Shown here piece after piece: positions 1 to 7,799 of a stretch of 64,000 nucleotides of DNA. The notes below the pieces were generated by a model. The model had not been told where the DNA came from. It searched no databases and was given only the letters and a program-made list of their open reading frames with translations. A program made the position numbers and the translations under genes. Source of the stretch: Candidatus Heimdallarchaeota archaeon (GTDB lineage: Archaea > Asgardarchaeota > Heimdallarchaeia > Hodarchaeales > Hodarchaeaceae); assembly GCA_011364965.1 (NCBI GenBank), contig RDOB01000008.1, positions 55,468 through 119,467 of the forward strand. The letters run 5' to 3'. Numbering within the stretch: the first letter of the stretch is position 1; every line of letters starts with the position of its first letter.

Positions 1-561
1 TAACAAAAAAATCAATGTAATAAATTCAATTGCTTGATTCTCTACCCAATATACGATGAATCCTAAAATGAGAACTCCATTGTAAAGAATGACTAGCTCA
101 GAGGGGAGCCGCTTTCGAAATATGAAAATACTTGGATAACGTCCAGAATAATACTTTTGAATAAGAAAAAGTATCAACAGATATGATGAAAGACAAAATA
201 CAAGACTAAATAAATTTAGGAAAATATAGATAGCCCCATAACCAATTAAATCTAAGGAAAGAGTCATATTCAGGAAAGAGGTTTGTAAGAGACCATCTAA
301 ACCAATGGTAGCAGTACCAGCAAGAATACTTCCTCCAATCCCAGTAAGAGTAGGGATGAGGAGGAAAATACTAGCTGCTAGAGGTGCATTATAGGAATGA
401 TAATAGCGCCACTCTTCAAAAATTTTAATTACAGAAACAATGAATAATGTAATATAAAGAATGGTCAGAGAAATTTCACGAGATTGGCTTGTAAGATATG
501 AAAGCAGAGCAAAAACAGAACCAATAACGAGAATCGAAAGAAAAGCATTTCTTTTAACCAA
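1..561 (-). CDS. Multi-pass membrane protein, 3'-truncated by window edge; last visible gene of the Ubl operon (absent from ORF track)
   Basis: Manual translation from TTG at 561: MVKRNAFLSILVIGSVFALLSYLTSQSREISLTILYITLFIVSVIKIFEEWRYYHSYNAPLAASIFLLIPTLTGIGGSILAG...FITLIFLL, open for 187 codons to position 1; about 5-6 hydrophobic segments; starts 12 nt after the JAMM stop, with AGGA upstream. Confidence 0.8.
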   Translation of the reverse strand, partial: MVKRNAFLSILVIGSVFALLSYLTSQSREISLTILYITLFIVSVIKIFEEWRYYHSYNAPLAASIFLLIPTLTGIGGSILAGTATIGLDGLLQTSFLNMTLSLDLIGYGAIYIFLNLFSLVFCLSSYLLILFLIQKYYSGRYPSIFIFRKRLPSELVILYNGVLILGFIVYWVENQAIEFITLIFLL

Positions 562-573
562 CTAATGGACATC

Positions 574-1386
574 CTAATCATGGTCATATTCCAGAAACAT
601 TGTATCACCTTCAGCTAGAGGAAGGAGAGTACTTATCATATCAGGTAACCCGGAAAGTGGACAATTTAATACCTGAAAGCGGGGCTCCTCCCAACTTCGG
701 AGATCTTGCTTCAAACGAAAGATTTTAAATCCATAGGAATTTGTAGATATACGCGTAGGGTCAATAACCAGAGCAACAGGTGCTGTTAATGTGGAATTAT
801 TAGCCCCTAACCTTTGATACCGTACTTGTGTATCAAAATCCGTATCACTCATAAAAGAACCGTAGGATGGATGAGAATGATACCAGCCAAGAATAAATTC
901 CTTTTTTTTACTAGATTCATTAAATACTCGAACCATACTTTGGGGATTTCTAATTTGAGCTGTAATATTTGTACCATGACCAATAGGAAACGCATCAGTA
1001 GCTACTAAACAAGCCATCGGAGTGTCTTTATTCTCAATATATCCAGTTAATAAACCTATAACTTCCACCCATTTATGCTGAGGAATTTTAGGATTAGCAT
1101 ATTTCAAAGCGTGTAAAGTAAGCTTAATATAAGCTTTCAGATGCACTTTTACTCGTATAGGATCGGATTCGGGGTCTAAATCGCCTATTTCGATATCTTC
1201 AACTTCCTCAGAATGAGAATCTAGTTTAATATCATTATTATCATCGATTGGCACTTTTACGGCGTGATTTCCAGCAGTTGGAAATCGAACTGTCAATGTA
1301 AGATTATCAGGATCAAATTGAAGAGCCATGTCTCGTAAAAGAAGCTCAAAAAGGTTTTGAGGTCGGTTATTTGGTTCACGTTTCAT
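574..1386 (-). CDS. MPN+/JAMM metallo-isopeptidase (Rpn11/CSN5-like)
   Basis: EVIGLLTG, GWYHSHPSYGSFMSDTD (HxH-x7-S-x2-D JAMM motif), TQ..YQ and VALVIDPTR; acidic N-terminal extension of about 75 aa. Confidence 0.95.
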   Translation of the reverse strand: MKREPNNRPQNLFELLLRDMALQFDPDNLTLTVRFPTAGNHAVKVPIDDNNDIKLDSHSEEVEDIEIGDLDPESDPIRVKVHLKAYIKLTLHALKYANPKIPQHKWVEVIGLLTGYIENKDTPMACLVATDAFPIGHGTNITAQIRNPQSMVRVFNESSKKKEFILGWYHSHPSYGSFMSDTDFDTQVRYQRLGANNSTLTAPVALVIDPTRISTNSYGFKIFRLKQDLRSWEEPRFQVLNCPLSGLPDMISTLLPLAEGDTMFLEYDHD

Positions 1387-1406
1387 AATCTACCATACCT
1401 CAAACC

Positions 1407-1934
1407 TTACCAGTTCTGTTTTGCATATTTCTTCGTGATTTCTCTGGCTTTCTTCTTGAACTTTTCCTTGCTTTGAAGGTATTCAACTGCAGCTTTTTTA
1501 TTGAAGACATCATGTGGATTGGTATATGCCTCATCAATGTTGAACATTGCAAGAATAGAATAGATAACAGTAGAAATGTTCTTGGAAGGAGACCAACCTT
1601 GAGGAGATCCAATTAAATCAGGATCAACGAGTCCTAGACAAATATTACGCTTTCCTTGATATTCATCAGGCTTAGGCCAAAAATTCGGATGCCAAATTGG
1701 AGTATGGAGCCTAACAAAAGGGGGAGAGTACGGATAATTTGTCCCAAACAGAATTTCGAGCCGAAATTTCCCACCTTCATATGGGGTGCTTTTAGGACCT
1801 TCTAATAACACTGCAAGGTGTTCGATTGATTTTTTACCACCAGGAAATGCTTTGAGTTGTTTGATTGTTTTTTGTTTATAGAGAGTTTTAAGTTGATTAT
1901 AATCATCAGCTATTCTTTTAATGCGAATGGACAA
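1407..1934 (-). CDS. Ubiquitin-conjugating enzyme E2 (UBC fold)
   Basis: GPKSTPYEGGKF, YPYSPPFV, WHPN, ICL (Cys99), WSP, and AREITKKYA C-terminal helix. Confidence 0.97.
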   Translation of the reverse strand: MSIRIKRIADDYNQLKTLYKQKTIKQLKAFPGGKKSIEHLAVLLEGPKSTPYEGGKFRLEILFGTNYPYSPPFVRLHTPIWHPNFWPKPDEYQGKRNICLGLVDPDLIGSPQGWSPSKNISTVIYSILAMFNIDEAYTNPHDVFNKKAAVEYLQSKEKFKKKAREITKKYAKQNW

Positions 1935-1936
1935 AG

Positions 1937-3184
1937 TTAATCCTCCAGTTTAAGATTTAGATACAGTTGAGTCCCATCTGCAAATCCTGTAACAAAAAGA
2001 GATTCATAATCTCTTAATTTGGCCTCAGAAATAGATAATGTCCAATCTAGCTCCTCTATGTTAGAGGAATCGATCCGAAAGATTGTCGGAGGAAATTCCT
2101 CATCAAAATCCAAGCTCTTCTCTTGAGAGAGGCAAATGATAAGCTCTTTTAACAGATAATGATGCTTAGCTTTCACATGATAAATAGGAGAACGCTTAGA
2201 ACCGCACATGGCACAATTAGTGTTGATTGGTTTTTCAAATTCGTAAAATTTGCCCGATAAACCGTTATAAATCATATAATTCAATTGGAGAGAACCAAGT
2301 TTTCGATCTTTATCTGACGTGTGGAGATGATGCAGAATTTTGACTGCTTCTTGTGATTGAAGAGAGGCCATGACTGCGTTAATAGTGATGACTGTGGGTT
2401 CATGATTGTCAACTATCTGAATAATTTGATCATTGGTGAAAGGAATAGCAGTAGGAAAGTATTCTGTGAGTAATTTATTAGCATAATCCCGCACTGTAGT
2501 AACTTCTGAAGCAACAAGGATATCAACAGGATGGTTGTGATCTTTTTCAAATTGGAGTTGCCCCTTTAGAATACAATGTGCTGGACGGCGAGGTTTTCCT
2601 ACTAAGGTACAGGCTCCAAGCTGATCTTGAGCTCGTTCAGTAAGTGGATCACATTCCAAGCAAGCATTAGTAAAAGGCCAAACAATATAGAGGTGACCAT
2701 TATAAGCGGCCGTACCTGCGTCAATAAGCGGTTTTTTGTTATGAACTGCCCTCCGATTCAATTCAGAACGAGCCTCAATAGAATCTAAACCAGCAATATA
2801 GAGATCAACCTCTTTATAGATTTTTGGAGGAAGATCTTGAAGAGGAGAGTTATATGCATCAATTCTGATAAAGGGATTAATATCACGGAGACGCTTAGCA
2901 GCATATTCAGCTTTCGATACTCCTTCTGGAGCTCCAATAAATAAAATCTGGCGATTCAAATTCGAGTATTCCACAATATCGAGATCAACAAGAACTAAAT
3001 GCCCAACACCGACCATAGCAAGATTTTTGGCAACTTCCACACCCAAACCACCGACTCCAGCGATCAGGACAGAGCTGCGTTTCAAGAGTTCTTGACTCCA
3101 GCCAGGAAGACGAAATTGTCGGTCAAAACGCTGCTTCTCAGCTTGACTAAGACTAGTACTTCCAAAATTGGACATTTTATTCAC
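1937..3184 (-). CDS. Ubiquitin-like activating enzyme E1 (ThiF adenylation domain + catalytic-Cys insert + C-terminal UFD-like domain; Uba3/Uba2-like)
   Basis: RFDRQ, GVGGLG, DLDIVEYSNLNRQILF, LDSIEAR, CLEC...CAMC Zn pair, ACTLVGKPRRPAHCI catalytic-Cys motif. Confidence 0.95.
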   Translation of the reverse strand: MNKMSNFGSTSLSQAEKQRFDRQFRLPGWSQELLKRSSVLIAGVGGLGVEVAKNLAMVGVGHLVLVDLDIVEYSNLNRQILFIGAPEGVSKAEYAAKRLRDINPFIRIDAYNSPLQDLPPKIYKEVDLYIAGLDSIEARSELNRRAVHNKKPLIDAGTAAYNGHLYIVWPFTNACLECDPLTERAQDQLGACTLVGKPRRPAHCILKGQLQFEKDHNHPVDILVASEVTTVRDYANKLLTEYFPTAIPFTNDQIIQIVDNHEPTVITINAVMASLQSQEAVKILHHLHTSDKDRKLGSLQLNYMIYNGLSGKFYEFEKPINTNCAMCGSKRSPIYHVKAKHHYLLKELIICLSQEKSLDFDEEFPPTIFRIDSSNIEELDWTLSISEAKLRDYESLFVTGFADGTQLYLNLKLED

Positions 3185-3198
3185 TTCTTAGACCGATT

Positions 3199-3555
3199 CT
3201 AGTACCCTGCAGTACTGACTGGGATGATTAAAACTTCCATTCCATCTTCTACATCATAGTTTGAAACTACATCATCAGAATCAAGAGTACGCCCACTAAT
3301 AGATAAATGAAAATCATTGGGGTCTAATCCAAAGATTTCCCCAATTGTAGTTTTTAACTCACTTACTGACATTTCAGGGTCAACTCTTAATTTTTCTAAC
3401 TTCTCTCGAGGCCCAATAGTGGAACGAAAGAATAAGTTCACTGATGCGCCTCGTGAGGGGGTTTGTTTTGGTGTTTTGGATTGGATGGGTCTTTCTGTTT
3501 CTTGAATTTCTTCATCTAATTCATCTAGCTCTTCAAAATCCTCATTCTCTGACAT
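3199..3555 (-). CDS. Ubiquitin-like protein (Ubl-2), precursor ending STAG-Y
   Basis: Beta-grasp pattern (SVSELKTTI, FHLSISGRTLDSDDVVSNYDVEDGMEVLII); acidic N-terminal tail; 14 nt upstream of E1. Confidence 0.9.
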   Translation of the reverse strand: MSENEDFEELDELDEEIQETERPIQSKTPKQTPSRGASVNLFFRSTIGPREKLEKLRVDPEMSVSELKTTIGEIFGLDPNDFHLSISGRTLDSDDVVSNYDVEDGMEVLIIPVSTAGY

Positions 3556-3583
3556 CTAGCTTTCAATCCTCATATCGTAGTAG

Positions 3584-3629
3584 ACATGAAGTATTACCAA
3601 GATGTGTCTTAAAAGCTAATTGAAATATA
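3584..3629 (-). promoter_or_regulatory. Putative promoter of the Ubl-2/E1/E2/JAMM unit (TATA-like CTTTTAAG)
   Basis: Minus strand TATATTTC-AATT-AGCTTTTAAG-N8-TGGTA-ATAC-TTCATGT, collinear with the element upstream of Ubl-1. Confidence 0.55.
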
Positions 3630-3737
3630 TCCTTCAGAGGGAATGGAGAAATTGAGGAGCCATCACGTTCATACACGAGATAAACTCAGATTGATAGTAA
3701 TCTAGATTCCTCAGAAAAATAATAAGACCGCAAGGAC

Positions 3738-4085
3738 TTAACCTGCGGTCGAGTGAGGAATTAAAAGAACCTCGTCACCATTTTCAATACCATAATCCCC
3801 AATTGGGGCAGACTCGTCCATGGTACGACCAGCGTGACTAAGATGAAAGTCATCAGGGTTTAAACCAAAGATATTTGCTAGAGTATCTCGGACTTCTCTG
3901 ACAGGAGCTCTTTCCCCAACAGAGATCTTTTCAGTTCGTTCAGGACCAACGGTAGATTTAAAGAAAATGTTCTTTCGTGGACCAGCAGAGGCCCCAGAGA
4001 TAGGGGTCTTAGATTGTTGAGGGGTTTTTGATTTAACCTCAATTTTTTCGTCTAGATCAAAATCTAAATCTTCAAAATCACTCAT
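3738..4085 (-). CDS. Ubiquitin-like protein (Ubl-1), ending STAG
   Basis: Clear paralogue of Ubl-2 (NIFFKSTVGP, IFGLNPDDFHLSHAGRTMD, DYGIENGDEVLLIP). ATG at 4085 preferred over TTG at 4094 because GGATG lies upstream and MSDFED matches the Ubl-2 N-terminus. Confidence 0.9.
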   Translation of the reverse strand: MSDFEDLDFDLDEKIEVKSKTPQQSKTPISGASAGPRKNIFFKSTVGPERTEKISVGERAPVREVRDTLANIFGLNPDDFHLSHAGRTMDESAPIGDYGIENGDEVLLIPHSTAG

Positions 4086-4132
4086 ATTTTTCAAACATCC
4101 ATTTTTTTATGTTTAGAGTTTCATAAGAAACT

Positions 4133-4179
4133 ACATGAAAACTACGTACCATAAGTACTTATAAAGCTTACGAAATATA
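4133..4179 (-). promoter_or_regulatory. Putative promoter of Ubl-1 (TATA TTTATAAG) overlapping a 12-bp palindrome
   Basis: Minus strand TATATTTC-GTA-AGCTTTATAAG-TACTTA-TGGTA-N7-TTCATGT; perfect palindrome ATAAGTACTTAT at 4151-4162. Confidence 0.55.
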
Positions 4180-4259
4180 CGTAACACCCGAAAACTATAT
4201 TAGGGCGATTTTTACATATACTTCCTAATGTAAACGTTTTTTCCCCAGAGGTTTTATTT

Positions 4260-4655
4260 GTGTCAAAAGACGCCCAAAATATTAAGATTTCCAGTTCTGC
4301 TTGGGAATTACTGCGCTGGGCAAAATATGAATTAGAAGTGCGTTCCTATAGTGATGTAATAATAGCATTATACCAAAAAATCGAGTTAAAGCACTTAAGC
4401 AAGACATTACGTCAATCATTAAAAGATTTTGATGAAACGCGTCATAGAATTAAAATAAAGACTCCAGAAGATAAAACGGAAGCTCCTTATTTACCTAAAC
4501 CTAAAACCATTCTTCTTAGGCCAGATGCCCATAGAATCCTTAATTTATTAAAAATTGAGAGTAACGAACCAGCTTATACATTTTCAGATGCAATCGAATT
4601 TCTTGCAAAAAACAATTCTAACCTTTGGAATAAAATTCCTAACAGATTAAAATGA
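4260..4655 (+). CDS. Tandem ribbon-helix-helix (antitoxin/DUF217-like) DNA-binding protein
   Basis: Internal duplication NIKISSSAWELLRWAK...SYSDVIIAL / TILLRPDAHRILNLLK...TFSDAIEFL, each a strand-helix-S(F/Y)SD(V/A)I-helix unit. Confidence 0.65.
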   Translation: MSKDAQNIKISSSAWELLRWAKYELEVRSYSDVIIALYQKIELKHLSKTLRQSLKDFDETRHRIKIKTPEDKTEAPYLPKPKTILLRPDAHRILNLLKIESNEPAYTFSDAIEFLAKNNSNLWNKIPNRLK

Positions 4656-4798
4656 GTTCGTAAGATCTTGCTTTATAGAGGAAATTATCCAATAAACGAA
4701 AGCTACTCAATTGATTAAATCCGATAGCGTCTTTATTTTTGTCTATAATGGTCAACTTAAGCAAATTTATACTTTAAAAAGCTAATGACTCATTAGAT

Positions 4799-5506
4799 TC
4801 ATCCGTAAAGAGCAATTCCTGCTTCGATAATTACTGTGAGATATTCTGCTGTATCCCGTACCGCGTCAGAAGCCATTTCTAGATCAGTTGCTACTTCTAA
4901 GATAGTAAATAAGGTAGAATATGGTTCTTTTGCGTTACATATAATTAATGCTTTTTCTTTCATTTCCAGGAAAAGTGCGTCTGCTTCTCGTTCATAGTCC
5001 TCTACTTTTTTCCTCTTTTCAAGGATAAAGGTATCATCTTCTCCGATTTTCTCAATCGATGCCCAAACCAGTTTCACAGAATGATGAATTATTTCAATAA
5101 ATTTAGCGAAATAATCTATGATTTCCTCAGGCGCTTTCAGGTTGGTATGAATAAGTAAATGAAGCGTTTTCATGCTAGATTTGATTAAATTCACTGTAGA
5201 ATCATCCGATTTTAACAATCGAAATAAATTTTGTCTGATTACAGAAGGAAAGTAACCTTTAGCGATTTCATTTGCCAATCGCTCTTCAATTGCATCCGCA
5301 TCATGTTCAAATTTGATGATTCGGTTTATAATCACCTCTAGAGATGTCTCAGACTTGTATTCTGAATCCTGTAATAATTGAAGAAAGTCTCGTGCTGCAG
5401 TTGTTGCGTCATAGACTTTTATTACATGTTGGATCATTAAATTCTTGATTTTTAGATTTCTTCGTTCTTTAAACCATACAAGCATGCTTTTCGTTGTCTT
5501 ACTCAA
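4799..5506 (-). CDS. DUF47 / PhoU-like phosphate transport regulator
   Basis: EHDADAIEERL and EREADAL repeats, LEMASDAVRDTAEYL; all-helical. Confidence 0.85.
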   Translation of the reverse strand: MSKTTKSMLVWFKERRNLKIKNLMIQHVIKVYDATTAARDFLQLLQDSEYKSETSLEVIINRIIKFEHDADAIEERLANEIAKGYFPSVIRQNLFRLLKSDDSTVNLIKSSMKTLHLLIHTNLKAPEEIIDYFAKFIEIIHHSVKLVWASIEKIGEDDTFILEKRKKVEDYEREADALFLEMKEKALIICNAKEPYSTLFTILEVATDLEMASDAVRDTAEYLTVIIEAGIALYG

Positions 5507-6593
5507 GAGAAATCTCCTCCATTAATCCATCTTTGGGAATGGAAAATGCTTGTGTTCGATTCGGATCAAATGATACATAAACTACCTTATCTAAATGTAG
5601 TGGGCCCTCATAATCTGCTAAAACTGTATCGTCTGTACTAAGCCGGATTGCAATTCGATAAAAGCTTCCTGCAAATCTGGATTCTATAACTTTACCTTGG
5701 ATTGACGTTCCTTTCGTCTCTCGACTCGCTATTCTAACATTTTCGGGTCTAATGGCAAGAACTACTGACTCCCCTACTTTTAATGATGACTCATCTGGAA
5801 CCAAGATTCGAATGTTATGTCTTAGACGAACAACCATCGATTTTTCTTTTTTCTGGAGAATATATCCTTCAAAGAAGTTGGTTTCTCCGACAAAATTCAG
5901 TGTGAATAATGACTTAGGGAATTGATAAAGATTATTTGGGGTATTTATCTCATGAATATTACCATTCTTCATTAAAACCACACGATCTGAAATAGATAAG
6001 CATTCCTGCTGGTCATGGGTGATATGTATGGCTGTTAATCCCAATTTTTTTACTAATCCTCTAATTTGATAGCGAAGTTCCGTCCTTACTTTCGCATCGA
6101 GAGCTGAAATAGGTTCATCTAGGATTAATAGTTTTGATTCTTTAGCAATCGCTCTAGCTACCGCTGCTGCTTGTTGAGCGCCACTTGAAAGTTCACGGGG
6201 ATATAATTTCTTTTCTGCCAACAAATTCACGAGCTTTAATGCAGTATCGGATTGTATCTGGACTTCTTGCTCAGTTTTATCCATCATTCGCGTAGGATAC
6301 TCGACATTCTCTTGTATGGTCATATGAGGAAATAACGTAACGCTCTGAAAGACCATAGCAAAACCACGATCCTCAATTGGTAGACCAATGACATTTTTAT
6401 TATCAATACGAATTTCAGAACCCTCATCAGGTTCAATGATACCAGTAATACAGTTTATAAGAGTGGTTTTCCCGCAACCAGAAGGTCCAAGTATCCCAAC
6501 GTACTCTCCATCACTAATCTCGAGCTTTACGTTCCTTAATGCCTTAATATAGCCGAACGTTTTCGAAAGGTTCTTTATCTGAATATTAGGCAT
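5499..6593 (-). CDS. ABC importer ATP-binding subunit (PotA/MalK-like, with TOBE), degenerate signature
   Basis: GPSGCGKT, LILDEP, HITHD; signature reads LSSGAQQAAAVARA. Confidence 0.92.
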   Translation of the reverse strand: MPNIQIKNLSKTFGYIKALRNVKLEISDGEYVGILGPSGCGKTTLINCITGIIEPDEGSEIRIDNKNVIGLPIEDRGFAMVFQSVTLFPHMTIQENVEYPTRMMDKTEQEVQIQSDTALKLVNLLAEKKLYPRELSSGAQQAAAVARAIAKESKLLILDEPISALDAKVRTELRYQIRGLVKKLGLTAIHITHDQQECLSISDRVVLMKNGNIHEINTPNNLYQFPKSLFTLNFVGETNFFEGYILQKKEKSMVVRLRHNIRILVPDESSLKVGESVVLAIRPENVRIASRETKGTSIQGKVIESRFAGSFYRIAIRLSTDDTVLADYEGPLHLDKVVYVSFDPNRTQAFSIPKDGLMEEISLE

Positions 6594-6596
6594 TTC

Positions 6597-7724
6597 CTAT
6601 TCCTCTAAAAAGGGAGTTAAATCATGTGGCTCAATTTTCACCTGAACTAAACTATTAAGCTTGAATTTATCAACATCATAGGAGGAGATTCTAGCGATGA
6701 GAGGATTATTCATTCCTTCAATTTTAACTAAGATATTTGAGAATTTCCCCAAAAATACTCGATCAATGACCTCACCAGTGAAAATATTGTCTCCCTGAAA
6801 TTCATGGTTCGAATCCTCTATAGGATTAAGGTCAATTGTTTCAGTTTTAGCTAAAATTTTAACTTTCACTCCTTTTTCCAGCTCGGAAGGTCTACATATA
6901 AGCTGATGATTGCTAGGGAGCAGAACAATTGTACATTCATCGGTTATTTCTTGTATCACCCCTTCAAGAGACGTCGATTCACCAATGAAATATGCAGCAA
7001 AATAATTTTGTGGTCTATTGTATATAGTGGCTGGTTTCCCCATTTGAACAATTTTTCCTTCTTTAAGAACCAAAATCCTGTCAGCAATGCTTAATGCTTC
7101 ATCTTGGTCGTGTGTAACATGCAAACATGTGATCCCTAAGTCTTTAACTAAATGGCGTATCTCTGTTCGTAATTGTATGTTCAATCGAGCGTCCAATGCT
7201 CTTAAGGGTTCATCTAATAAGAAAATTTTTGTGTCTGCTGCGATTGCGCGGGCTAAACCTACTCGTTGCATCATTCCCCCCGATAATTCATTGGGAAAAG
7301 CATCGTATCTTTCTTTCAATCCGACCATATCAAGAACCTCGGTAACCAATTCAGTCATTTCATTGTCAGTCTTGGTTTTTTTAACTCGGGGAGAGAATAA
7401 CACATTGTCCCGAACATTCATGTATGGGAAGAGAGAATAATTTTGGGGCAGATAAGCGACTTCTCGATCTTCTGGTGGAAGATTGGTTATATCAAAATTT
7501 CCAATTACAATGTTACCTTGAGTTGGTTTGAGTAATCCTGCAATAGTTCTGAGTAGTGTTGTTTTACCAGCGCCTGTTGGACCTAGTATTACTAAATATT
7601 CTTTGGGATGGATTGTTAAGTGTAAATTATCAAGAACGGTTTTTTCTTGGAATTTTACTGTTAAATTACGAATTTTTATCGAATTTTCTGTGTACAATTT
7701 CCATAATTCTTGACGGAATTTCAT
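6597..7724 (-). CDS. ABC importer ATP-binding subunit (PotA/MalK-like, with TOBE)
   Basis: GPTGAGKT, LSGGMMQRVGLARA, LLDEP, HVTHD; the true start may be a few codons downstream. Confidence 0.93.
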   Translation of the reverse strand: MKFRQELWKLYTENSIKIRNLTVKFQEKTVLDNLHLTIHPKEYLVILGPTGAGKTTLLRTIAGLLKPTQGNIVIGNFDITNLPPEDREVAYLPQNYSLFPYMNVRDNVLFSPRVKKTKTDNEMTELVTEVLDMVGLKERYDAFPNELSGGMMQRVGLARAIAADTKIFLLDEPLRALDARLNIQLRTEIRHLVKDLGITCLHVTHDQDEALSIADRILVLKEGKIVQMGKPATIYNRPQNYFAAYFIGESTSLEGVIQEITDECTIVLLPSNHQLICRPSELEKGVKVKILAKTETIDLNPIEDSNHEFQGDNIFTGEVIDRVFLGKFSNILVKIEGMNNPLIARISSYDVDKFKLNSLVQVKIEPHDLTPFLEE

Positions 7725-7799
7725 TTGGCCTTTGATATCCCAAGGAGAATACGTTAACTCCGTCCGAATTCTTCTTGATTGGTCTGAATTTGAAATCTT

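Noticed and set aside
465-572. ATG-started 35-codon ORF (MSISWLKEMLFF...) directly after the JAMM stop
   Set aside because: It overlaps the much longer TTG-started membrane ORF in another frame and ends early
814-3505. Short ORFs 814-1008, 1400-1612, 2999-3202 and 3317-3505
   Set aside because: Antisense or alternate-frame shadows of well-supported operon genes; the same applies to the other 60-136 aa ORFs nested in long genes across the window
1-4655. Reading the Ubl operon as sulfur-carrier (ThiS/MoaD/SAMP) or CBASS/Bil antiviral machinery
   Set aside because: A true UBC-fold E2 and Cys-domain E1 argue against sulfur transfer, and no cyclase or effector is adjacent. An antiviral role cannot be excluded but has no support here
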